NCBI GenBank assembly: GCA_036172245.1
Contig: JAYWIR010000043.1
Coordinates: 1,054,001 to 1,118,000 of the forward strand
Direction: 5' to 3'
DNA from: Raillietiella orientalis
Taxonomy: Eukaryota
DNA length: 64,000 bases
Shown: positions 53,744 to 64,000 of the stretch, one piece after another
How the letters are laid out: the number at the start of each line of letters is the position of its first letter
Numbering within the stretch: the first letter of the stretch is position 1
Made by a program: the position numbers and the translations under genes
Notes under the pieces: generated by a model
Databases searched by the model: none
Told to the model about the DNA's origin: nothing
The model's input: the letters and a program-made list of their open reading frames with translations, nothing else

Positions 53744-54459
53744 CACCGCGCCAGCCGAGAGTCCGCCGTGCGCAAAGAATCGTTGCAGCAGGTCATAGGC
53801 GGTATCCTCCCGGTCCAGGAGCTCTAAGGTCAACATCCGCCACAGTTCGTGGAGGCCACCGCAGTCCAAAAAAAAGAAGAAACCCAAAACAGTTCGAGGA
53901 TCTAACTCCTCCGGAGACGAGGTGCCAGCGCTGACTGCACGGAAATTCCCAACGCAAAAACAGCAGCACCTCGTGATCGGTAAAGTCGCGAACGTTACCA
54001 ACGCGACGACGTCCAGTACCGCGGAAGGCGGCAACCAAACGTTGCCTTCTCCAAGGTCACCCATGAGCAGGAGGCAGAGGAAAAGCTGGCCGGAAAGGTC
54101 AAAGTGAAAAAGAGACATTGCCAAGACCCGCAGGAGAATCCCTTCGACAGATCTCCGACTCCGAGCTGGAGCCGGGAAACCCCGTCGAGGGACCCCACGG
54201 CACGAGGGTTCGTGAAACCGAAGCCTGGATGCGGCACGCATCCCCTCGGGAGGGGCAAGTGCCGACACCCATTAGCGGAACAACCTGCATGGAGAGGGCG
54301 CTAAGATCCCAGCCATCCAGGGTCCGTGCAGGGAGACGGAGGAACGAAACCCCCAGGTTCCTTTCTCCCTACGGGAGCTTTCCGCTTCAGTGCGAAGTGG
54401 GGAACCACGGCAAAGACTTCCCAGCGGCAATGCGGGGAGGCGCCTCCTCGCGCCGATCG

Positions 54460-55100
54460 CGAATCGCCTTTGGGAATGCCGACGAAATTCTCAACGATGC
54501 AAAACGGTGAGCTGTGGTCGAAACCCTGAGCCACTTCGACCTCGTCTTCCTCCAGGAAGTTCACAAGAGTTCGGCTCCTCGTACCTATTCGCTCAGAGTC
54601 GTGTTTTTCGCGCACGCGCACCTCGCGAATGCCGTGCGCAGCGTCCGTTCCGACGACCTCGGTCGAGTATGCCGACCCGGGCTCGAGTGGTCCTACGCGA
54701 TCGATATCGTTGCGACGAATGTGTCGTCATAACGTGCTCGTGGAGAAAACTCGGTTCTCCGGAGCTCTCTCTGAAGCTGGATGGCGGGCCCCAACGTGGC
54801 GCATCTGATAGTAGGGGTCTTCAACCTGCTCCTGCTATCAGGCCAAGGAGAGGCCATCGTCGACAAGTCAGCGAGTTGTGCGCGTTGGTTCACGTGATCA
54901 ACTTGCTCACCGAACAAGCCTGGATTGCGGAACTGTGTGGACCACTTGAGCCGTCGACGACCAGCTGCGTTCACTGGTAAGCAGAAGAGGCATGGCGAGA
55001 CGGATCCGTCCGACCATTGGAGGATCGAGCTGCAGCTCCATCTTCCTGCGAATAGACCTGCGTTGAAGGCGTGGAGGGCACCGGAGGATTGACTCGGTCA
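54460..55100 (+). mobile_element. Decayed APE-type endonuclease domain (ORF2 N-terminus)
   Basis: RIAFGNADEILNDAKR*AVVETLSHFDLVFLQEVH (compare WNVRG...DIVFLQETH) and GPNVAHLIVGVFN (GDFN position), the latter matching GPRVAHLVAEEFN at about 61070. Confidence 0.7.
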
Positions 55101-55242
55101 CGCAGAGGCCGCCGAGCAGCTCCGCGGCTTCCTCGGTGGCTTTGCCATCACTAATCTGGAGGTCGGCAACCACTTTAAAGACTGGGGGCAGTCGCACGTT
55201 TGCGTCCGGTACCCAACACGTGTCCTTTCCCGAAACTTCAAG

Positions 55243-55490
55243 GATTTTTACCCGGTCACTCCGAAGCGCTGACTGTATGATAATTTACAGAAACTGTCGT
55301 GTTATTAAAGAAAAAAAAAAAACATGTCTTCCTTCTTAGTGGTTTCACAGCACCGCTACGATGGTGACGGAGACGCTTCTCCTCGTGAGCAGCTTGCCTG
55401 ACGAGGTAGGTCCGCACAGGAAAAGTGGGGGGGAAGGAGTAAACAAAAGGAAGAAAAACACACACACACAAAAAAAAAGCCAGTCTTAAC
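55243..55490 (-). mobile_element. Isolated 3'UTR/terminus of the family
   Basis: T-rich tract, UTR-like GC block and cgcttcggagtgaccgggtaaaaat terminal motif (55268-55243); AATAAA lost. Confidence 0.4.
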
Positions 55491-55849
55491 ATTTTTTTTT
55501 ACCGGAAGCCTATCAATATGCTTTTCGATGCTAAGGCTTATCGACTGAGCCTGTTATTGGACTTTTCGGTTGTCGAGATCTATCCGTTACACAAGGGTGA
55601 TCAAAGTGTGAGCGCTATCACACTTTAAAGAAATATTAAAATATTTGTTAATAATTTTAATAATTATATGCTATAATTTAATGTCATATAGCATATGATG
55701 TTATTGTCATATAATATATGACAATATTATTAAGGTATAGAGTTTTACAAATAGACACTTACGCCCTCGCCAAAACCGGACCGGTAGTGGCGACTCATCA
55801 GGCCCAGAAGAGTCGGCTGTTAATGAGTGGCGATAGATACAGTGTTAAA

Positions 55850-56900
55850 ACGTATTGCGAGAGGGGAGTAAGGAAGAGATTGCAGATGTCTTTCTGTAGT
55901 CCTCAGTGTCCTCTGGAGGATGCTGGCGACTTCCTCCTTTTTTTTTTTTTTCTTCTTTTTTTTGTTGGCAGAGGTGTGGTCATCTTGCCGCCTTCGTTTC
56001 GTGAAGGAGCAGACGATTGGTATGACCTCACTGTCCGACTGGCCTTTTTCGGCGCAGCTCCTCGCCGTCACAGTCCCATGAAGGCGGCACGGAGCTGCCA
56101 GGGAAGCCGCAGGCGACTTCGAGTCGCGCGTGAAGAGGCGCCCAAGAGCTCTCTGCCGTTGTCCATCGGGAGTGAGAGGGCGGCAGCGAAGCGTTCCCAG
56201 ACTCTCAGGAGGGAAATACGGTCCAGCAACGAGTGCGGGAAGGCTTCCCGTTTCCCGCACCCGGCACAGTCTGGGGCCGCACTCCCCTTCGTCAGGTGGT
56301 GGACTCGCGCGTTGCATGGCGTCGCCCAAGGCAACAACTGCAATGTCGAGTTCTGCCACTTCAGAGGAAGGGCGGAGCTGTCCACAAACGCTGGGGGTAC
56401 TTCTGCCTCTTCAGGAGGAATGTCCAGGAGTTCTACCGAGCGACAAATTCCTTTAGGGAGGGCGGTGTGGGTACATGCGTCAGCCAGTTGACGCGCCGTC
56501 CAGCATCCCAGCTGCTTCTTCTTTACCACGATCTCTCAGGACATTTCCCACCATGCAAGTGCATTGCTGTTTTCACTTTGTCACTGTTATGTTGAGCGTC
56601 GCTGCAAGTGGGGTGTTCTGTGCATAAAGGGTTTCCTTGGGCAGTCCATGATTTCCTGCAACGAGCAGCGACCGAAGTTCGAGAATCGCAGGTCTCGCTT
56701 TGGCTCCAAGCTCGTGCCATTTCTTTTCGCCCACGCCTGAACTGTTTCCTGTCTCCAGGCATCACAGTTGGAAATCCATCTGTTCTCTTGGGTCAAAGAA
56801 ATCATTTGTCGAAGTTGGCACCTGCATCGGGGCAATCTTCGGTGTCCATGCACGAGGAACGTACCGAGTCCCTCGGCTCCGGCCGCTCTCCAAGAGAGTA
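55850..56900 (-). mobile_element. Decayed ORF2 C-terminal half of the family
   Basis: AWRQETVQAW..CSLQEIM; LGCWTARQLADA..LPLKWQN..DCAGCGKREAFPHSLLD; EEVASILQR. Homologous to 10510-11400 and 52880-53500. Confidence 0.8.
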
Positions 56901-58309
56901 GCCAGCGCCGGGAACAAACGTCCTTCCTTACAGACGAGAACCTACTGCAGACGCCCCATGGTTCAAGCGACCTCAGCCATCCTCATCATGAGCGTCATAG
57001 TAAGGAGGCGGAAGCCCCTCCTAGGCAAGAGTGTGCCTACAAGGGAGATATTACAAGGACTGCTGATGAAAGAGATGGGGATTCGCAAACGTGGGAGGGT
57101 GCCAACCTGGACATTCAGGCACATTTTGTAAAAGCTGAAGATACAGTCTGACAAGTACAAAGCGATCCTACTACTTCCCCCTCCCCCACCTAAGGGAAGA
57201 CTCTCGGAAGTGAAAAGCTCGTAAGCCGAGAACCGGAATCCGCCCTCCCCCCCCACTAATGTGGACTTCAAGGAGAGTCTGTGGACGTTGTTCCGTGTCT
57301 TTCTTTGAATTTTGTCGTAACTATTTCGATTCGTCAATTCACCCAAACACTTGTCGGACTTCGGGAAAACTTCGTTGCCTCCCTGCGGTTTGGAAGAATC
57401 CACATGTCAGGTTTCCTCATGAACATATCGAGTGACCTGCTCGTGTCATTTGTTGACTGTTGCGGTAACTTCCGTGGACAAGTCGGGAATGTTCGTCGAG
57501 AGTGTAGAAGCGTTTGATATCAGATTCAGCTTGTTTCCATCTGCAGCTGCTTGCCATCTCTTCAACCACGTACAGTTGCCATTCGTATCGTGTCGCCACG
57601 GAGATGGAGCAAATTCGTTTGCAGGGGAAAGTAGCGGAAATGGAATCATGGGAAAATTCCCTCTGAAAGGAAAGTCCATGAAGCATCCGCCAGGCGAAGA
57701 AACAACGCGGTCTCGTATGATGTGGGTGAATGTCCTTCCTTCAAGGACGTCGCTTGTTCACCCACTTAATTTACGACAAACAAACAAAATCCGACGTTTC
57801 GACTGTGTGCATCCGTCGCCTACTTTGATCGACTGCAACTTTTCTCGGAAGAAAGTTCTACAAAGAACATCCCTGCCATGTTATTGATTGGGTAATTCAT
57901 CTGACCCCAGAAATATTCTAGAAGAGCCAAGAGTTTTATCGACGGTTTCTCGCCTGCGGGATGGATATCACTTGGAATTCTAACGCAGTTCAAAGCAAAG
58001 TCTTTTCCCATGTGTATATACACATGGTGGTTCATTTTGGTTTCCGAAGGAAAGGTCGCAATATGAGGTATGTTCGTACAGATGGCAAGTATCCTTTTTC
58101 TGAATAGCGCGAATTCTTTATTCGACTAACACGATGATCTGTACGGAGTTGTCACAGGGATTCATTCCTTGGTTCGCTAAGTACTCAAGAACCGTCGAGC
58201 GTCAGAGAGGCCTCGGCGATGCTGCCACATGGTGGCTTAGAAGACTCTTTAAACATCGTCACATCTCTACCCGAGGGTGCATGTAACTCAGAAGGAAACC
58301 CCGAAGTGA

Positions 58310-58560
58310 TCCTCCTAATAATCCAGGAAGATCTGTTTCTCTCTACTCTTGGAGGGAACTCCGAAAGAAACTTTTGCCGGTTGCCTCCGAAGGGAACCTC
58401 TTCCTTATTCTCTCCGAAGGGAGCAGAGCACGTTTCCAACAAACTGGAGAGGATCCCCAAAGAGAACCAGAGCCGTGATTCCTGGAAGGACCCCGGGAAG
58501 TCTATGCTCCCGATTCCGTCTAGTCAACGGGACACCAGGCTCCAACGCGGGCACTAAGAT
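58310..58560 (-). mobile_element. Short internal fragment of the family
   Basis: Nucleotide similarity to 90-260 (ccgaagggagca..ttccaacaa.ctggagagga; gtgattcctggaaggacccc). Confidence 0.45.
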
Positions 58561-60510
58561 TTATTCTTCTGGAACGCGGAGTGGGTCTCAGTATCTTCAG
58601 ATGTATGCATGCATCTGAAGATACTGAGACCCACTCCGCACTGAATAAGCGGCTTTTGCTTCTAGAAATATTTGTGGAAGGGGAGGACGATTGTGGAAAA
58701 CTGACACAGCTAAGAACTACTGGTTCTTTGTGTATATTCACTGTCAAGAACTCGTTTGTTTCTTCGTGCTTCGTTCCTACGATGTCCAGCTGGCAAAAGA
58801 CCCTGCAGTGAACACACACAGATCCCTTCCATCTTGCATGAAGAAAAATTGCAGCATCAATGCAAACAATCAACATAACACAGCTCGAGGGGAAATTGAA
58901 GAGAAAACAAAAGAAAAAAACGACATTCCTTTCGAGATGCCAACGAAAGTTATGTTATGACGAGCTAACTGAAGGGAGCTTTTCCAGGAAATCAGAACTA
59001 ACTTTGTAAACAACCGTTCAGAAGGTGCACTCATAGGCTGTAAACGATGCTGAGTAATCCAGATTACTAAAATCTTTTATTTGCGCAATACCTTATTTAT
59101 TTTTCGAAGTAGTGCCGCTGCAGTTTTCTCCCTGTCAGTTCGGCGATGGATAAGCAGCATATGCTGATAACAGAACTTACGGCTTTTTCTTTTCGTTCTC
59201 CATCTCTGAGGTCAGGAGCTCCATGCTGGGTTATTTTGTGGAGGTGCGGACACAACTTTGGCTCCGATCAAGATAACAAAAAAAAAAAGATCGATCTTGG
59301 AAGCTTATGCAAGCGCTTGTGGCGAATGCTTCCGCATAGAAGACGACTTAGAGGAAGGTACATTTATTTAGAGACCCCGAATCAACAGAACATATGTTCC
59401 CAGGATTCATCGACCAAGTTCATCTTGAGGTTTGCAAAGTTTATAGGAAGTAAAAGCATGTCCTCCTGGATGCTTACCAGGAATGAGTCGGCATATTTGA
59501 TTTTAATTCACCAACAGAGCTAGCGAGATCGACTTGGAATCTGGAATACGAAACACTTACATATCCTTGGTTTCAAGAAAACATTTTAAAGTCCATAAAG
59601 GATGATGCAAAAATGTTGCTTAAGTCGGTTCTTGATCCATCATGCAGGTTTCATGAATTACGAAATGCAAAGCCAGAAATTCAATTTCCTTCGGAGGAAC
59701 TTGCAGGGAGACAGCTCCGAGAAGTGGCCGGAAACGATACAGATGGCAAACCGCGATGGAAGCTCTCTCCTCCGACCCTTGTTTTCTGTTTTTATCCTCC
59801 CTCTTACTCGGGCAAGCTCGGACTTTTGAGGAACGCTCTGTGGGGAACTGAGAGGTCCAGGATCCACCTCAAGGACTCGGCGGCTCCTCATAGGGATACC
59901 GGCATGTCAGACCGACGCCGGAGAGAATCGGGCTGCAAGTGCAGTTCCGAATGCCGGCGCTCTGTACCACGCTGTGGAAGACCCTGTCTTCTTCTTCAGT
60001 GGAACTGGGATGCTCCAGGGGAAGATGTGAAAGCACGAGCCTACTGCCAGTAGCGGTTCCAGCTTCTCCTCGGAGTCCGAGGAAATGATCCTCGGTTCCG
60101 AGGTCTCGGAGGCGTACAGCATGGCGGAGGACGGGAGCAGTTCCCCTTCTCAATCTGCCGTGCTACCGGCTGAACCCTCGCCGGACGGGGCGAGGAACGC
60201 GCTGCCATGTCCGCAGCAGCAATGGTGGACTGGCGTCCACTCGCCGCATCAGCGGGTCCTTTTGGGATGTCAACGGGCTACGCGACGACGACAGGAGGCG
60301 GATGGTTGCCTAAGTCCTGCGACCGTCCGATTCGGCACTCTGCAGGAGACCCACTGTGTCTCCGAATAGGGGGTTGCCGAACTCGAAGAACTGCAATTGC
60401 CACTCGTATGTGGGAAACTACACTGGCGGAGAGGCTCGGCACGCTCGTGCGGAGTAGCATTCCTTGTCCGGGGCAGGATGGCGGGGGCGGTGCGGAAAGT
60501 TGGTTTCGAC

Positions 60511-60900
60511 GTTGTTACCCGGTCACGCCGGGGCGTTTATTAGAAACAAACAATTGCAGTATAAGGCCCCACTGTGGCCAACACAACAAGGACCTGCCGG
60601 GTCGTCGGTGCGCAGACCGACTTGACTCCACGGCAGCGGGGTGGGATGAGGAAAAAACAAAAAGAAAAAGAAAAGAAAATTAAAAAAAAAAGAATAGTTC
60701 TCTGGAGGGGATCATTGTCCGCTGTCCGCTTGGTGGAGGTTTCATCCTTTGCAGGATGCCGACGAGGTCCTTCTGCCTGTTTCCCAGGGGGGGCCATCGG
60801 GTTGCTAATCGCAGGAAGCGGGCTGCATATTCCATGGCATCCCTGTCGTTTGCATCTTCTACTTCGTCGGATCCACTCCAGGCCGCCACAATGCCGCGGA
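60511..60900 (-). mobile_element. 3' end of the family, antisense to the neighbouring ORF2
   Basis: DRDAMEYAARFLRLATRWPPLGNRQKDLVGILQR, T-rich UTR, hairpin at 60594-60636, AATAAA-cgccccggcgtgaccgggt at 60541-60511. Confidence 0.75.
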
Positions 60901-60949
60901 TGCAGCTGAGACGAGGAAGGTCGAGTGAGCCAACTTGTGCTCAAGTAGT

Positions 60950-61433
60950 CCGAATCCATCGACCTCGTCCACGAACGTATACGCTCCCAGCGTTGGTGCA
61001 CGGTACGCCAAGAGAATCCAATTCCTCGGTGGCCTGCAGAGCCGATGGCTTGCTGACTCCGGCCCCAGGGTGGCGCATCTCGTTGCAGAGGAGTTCAACG
61101 TCCACCTTCTTCCAGAGGAAAGATCCCGCCTGCAGGAAAAGCAGCTGGTAATCGAAGTATGCGCACCTACTCGGGCGCAAAACCTGCTCGCTGGAGAACC
61201 TGGGATGCTGGAAGCACCGGACGACGCATTCCTCGACGAACACCTGCTCCCCCGAGTGGGTAGAGGACATCGTGTGCTGTCCGCGCTCTCCGACCATCCC
61301 AGAATAAAGTTTGAGCTTCTCCCTCCCGAGGGTCCTCCGATCAACGTTTGGAGGAAGCCGGCAGACTGGCTTAGCAATCCTCAGGCGGAGGAGCACCGCC
61401 AATACGTCCGCGGCTTTGTCATCTGTGAGCTCA
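60950..61433 (+). mobile_element. APE endonuclease domain of L1/Tx1-like ORF2 (decayed)
   Basis: NVYAP, AEEFN (GDFN position), SDH, then the W-R motif (INVWRKPADWL) that typically follows the endonuclease in L1/Tx1 ORF2. Confidence 0.75.
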
Positions 61434-61890
61434 CTTCTCACCAGGGTGCTCCGGAGCGTTTATTCTTTCGAACAAAACAAATCGAGAGTCTGTGGCTTGA
61501 CCAGTGGTCCAGCCACGCGCGAACAACCAATAGCGAGCCTGCCGGGTCACAGGTTACCAGACCGGTACGGTCCACCACGACAGCAGAGGAGGTAAGGACA
61601 AAACAATAAGAAGAAACAAAAATTAAAAATAAATAAAAATAACATCTTAGGGGCACGGGAAGGGATCACAGTCTGCTGGGGAGCCGTTACATCCTTTCTA
61701 GGATGCCGGCAAGTTCTTCTTTGATTTGTGTGTCCAGGCGGGCCCATCCTGTCGTCATCCTCATGAATTCGTCGGCGCATTGGACGGCACCCTTATAGCG
61801 GGGTCCTCCCGTTGCCTTTCTCCATACGGTGACGATCCCGCGTAGGCAGCACAGGCGATGTACTTCGCATAGTCAGGCGCTATTACTCCT
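61434..61890 (-). mobile_element. 3' end of the family lying antisense between endonuclease and RT
   Basis: gaacttgccggcatcc also occurs at about 11376. T-rich UTR, hairpin at 61539-61586, AATAAA-cgctccggagcaccctggtg at 61464-61434. Confidence 0.7.
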
Positions 61891-61899
61891 TGCTGTATG

Positions 61900-63310
61900 C
61901 GGAGGCGCCAACCGAACACAGTTCCTCCGAGCTGCTTCTGCCAGAGGACTGATGCCCCTGCTGTAGACGAGGAGGAGCGCGCATGTCTCGACGAGCCCTT
62001 CATGGCGGAGGAAATCTCTTCAGCCATCGCGGGGCTCAAGAGACGGGAGGTGCTGGGCGATGATGGCCTGCCCGTGGAGTTCTTTCAGTGCGTCGCGGCG
62101 GAGCTCATCTCCCTGGTGCTCAGCCTCTCGTCGCTGAGGCGCGAGATGGACAATGTCCTTGCCTCGTTTCGCTCAGCGAAGGTGCGTCTCCAGACTTGTG
62201 CCACCTCAACTGGCATCCGATCACCTTGGTGAATTCGGACATGAAGTTCTCGAAGCTGTGGGTCGCGTGCCTAGGGAGGATCACGGAGACCTTGGTAAGT
62301 CCTGAGAAAACGTACGTCGTTCGCAGGATGTCCATGGATGAGAACCTCATTTTCGCGCGCACCTGGCTTCAGCTGCAGAGACGCATTGCGCAGGACGGTC
62401 AAGCAGCGGAGACAGCCACGTAAGACTGCAGGTGTAGGCACGGATGGAGGGAGAAGACTCCTTGGCGGATCGGTCAGCATGAAGCTTCCGTCTGCATCAA
62501 TCAAGAGCTTCTACTGGAGCTCTTGGAACTCCTCGGTCTTCCGTCACACCTGCTCTCCTACTTGCGCTCCTGCTGGCACCATACGTTATGCTGCATCTCT
62601 TTCAGTGTCCGCTACGTGTACGGCATACCGGGCGGGGCGTAAATCAGAAAGACAGCTAGCTCTTAAACCCTGTGCTCCTCAGCATCTTCTTCGAGTTGAT
62701 GCTTAAGGAATACAGACTGGCTCTCTCCAACCTGCCGAGCCCCTGTCCAGGTATGCCGACCGTGACCGCCTACGCGGGCAACCTGCTTTCTCTGTTGTCC
62801 AGTTCCATCCCAGCGGCTAGACTCGTAGACTTCTTCGAGATGCTCCTTCGGGGAGTGGGCATGAGCATCAACAGGTCGAAGTCCACAATTGTCCCAGTTG
62901 GCTCCACGTGGAAGTGGCAGTCCGACTGATCCTCCTGGAGATCCCCATGTTCAGGTATAAGTACTTCGGTATACAGTTGGACGACTTCTGCTCAGCAGAA
63001 GCGTGGTCGGACTGCGTTCAAAAGTTTTTTCACCCAGTTCCTCAGGCATTTAGCACCGGTTCTGAAAAGAAGGAATAGCCAATGCCAAAGACCCCATCCC
63101 TACCCTCCTTTTCGTCTGTTTTTCTATTTTTTTTTTATCCATTTATGGTTCCCTCCATTCCGTTCCGGACTTCCAGAGTGCCCGACCTGCGTATCGGGGA
63201 GACTTCCCCTTGAACTTCTTTTGTCTTTGTTTGGGAACTGAGTTCCCAGATAGTTTGTTCGGGCATTTTTGTGTGTGAATAAAGGCTCCGGCGTAACTGG
63301 GTGATAAATC
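61900..63310 (+). mobile_element. Decayed L1/Tx1-like reverse transcriptase domain joined (internal deletion) to the family 3' end
   Basis: LDEPFMAEEISSAIAGLK..GDDGLPVEFF, NWHPITLVNSDMK, AYAGN (YADD decayed), GMSINRSKS; frameshifts. Then T-rich UTR and AATAAA at 63278 plus terminal motif. Confidence 0.85.
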
Positions 63311-64000
63311 TAGTCTGTCTTTTCATTAACGAATTAGTGTGCTGTGTTGCGTACAACCTATAGAGCCTTGGTGTTCAAATAAAGCGAATTAATTTGAACT
63401 ACATGGGTCGGGGTTAAACGAGATTGTTACACAGCATCCATTCAATATCTGTATGTGTTAAGCAGACTTGTTCAACATTCTAAGACCTAATATTCCTTCC
63501 AAAAAAAGGCAAAGAAAGATGAAAGTAAAAGAAAATATGCACGTGCATCAGTCATAGAGTGTGAGGAATTGAATACACGAAAAAGCACAAATCTTATGAA
63601 AATTAGCGATGTGGATTTCTTTCATCTGAAGGCGAGCATTAATATACAGGTTGCTGATATGAAGGTCAACTTGAGTTGTTGTACATGTTAAGTTTTTGTA
63701 TTTTTTTTGTGGATCGCATGTTATCGCATTTAGGAGAGATAGAGGAAATAAGTAAAATGTCCAGAATTACATAAATTATCACAACATAGGAAGTAAAAAA
63801 CTCGCATACTTCTAAAAGAATATAGCAATCACAATGGCCAATTTAGCGGTTTTTCCGCTAAATCTATCGTTTTTTGGAAACACATCTAGCGTAAAATATT
63901 TTATCCTACTGAGTGGGAATTCTAGCAGTTTTTTAATCACTGGCCGCCAAATTTTACGGGTTTTTCATGGTTGCAAAGAAGAAACATCTCAATAGTGGAT

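Noticed and set aside
60935..61609. 224-aa ORF as an intact or domesticated endonuclease gene
   Set aside because: The catalytic GDFN is altered (EEFN), the N-terminus is missing, and the last 58 codons run through an antisense element 3'UTR.
1..64000. CRISPR arrays, prokaryotic operons or defence systems, rRNA, intact tRNA, alternative genetic code
   Set aside because: The sequence is spliced eukaryotic DNA. The recurring 3' motif is dispersed, not a repeat-spacer array, and all three firm genes translate cleanly with the standard code.

Overview
Eukaryotic (animal, probably an ecdysozoan invertebrate; taxon not determinable) genomic window with no prokaryotic features. The core is a block of minus-strand spliced genes that I could reconstruct exon by exon with GT-AG introns and continuous frames: MCM8 (5 exons, about 767 aa), numb (7 exons, about 436 aa) and pellino (6 coding exons, about 417 aa). 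Most introns are only 44-51 nt. A fourth, GC-rich minus-strand gene near 4.1-7.0 kb may be a very divergent STIL-like gene (low confidence, by-eye alignment only). Both flanks (about 1-17 kb and 49.5-63.3 kb) are filled with decayed fragments, in both orientations and partly nested, of what looks like one L1/Tx1-type non-LTR retrotransposon family (APE endonuclease, RT, C-terminal CCHC finger, ORF1 zinc knuckles). The most unusual signal is this family's 3' end. About ten copies finish with AATAAA plus a conserved 25-nt motif with hairpin potential and no poly(A) tail, and several share an upstream two-stem 3'UTR hairpin with compensatory base changes. All alignments were done by eye; element boundaries are approximate.
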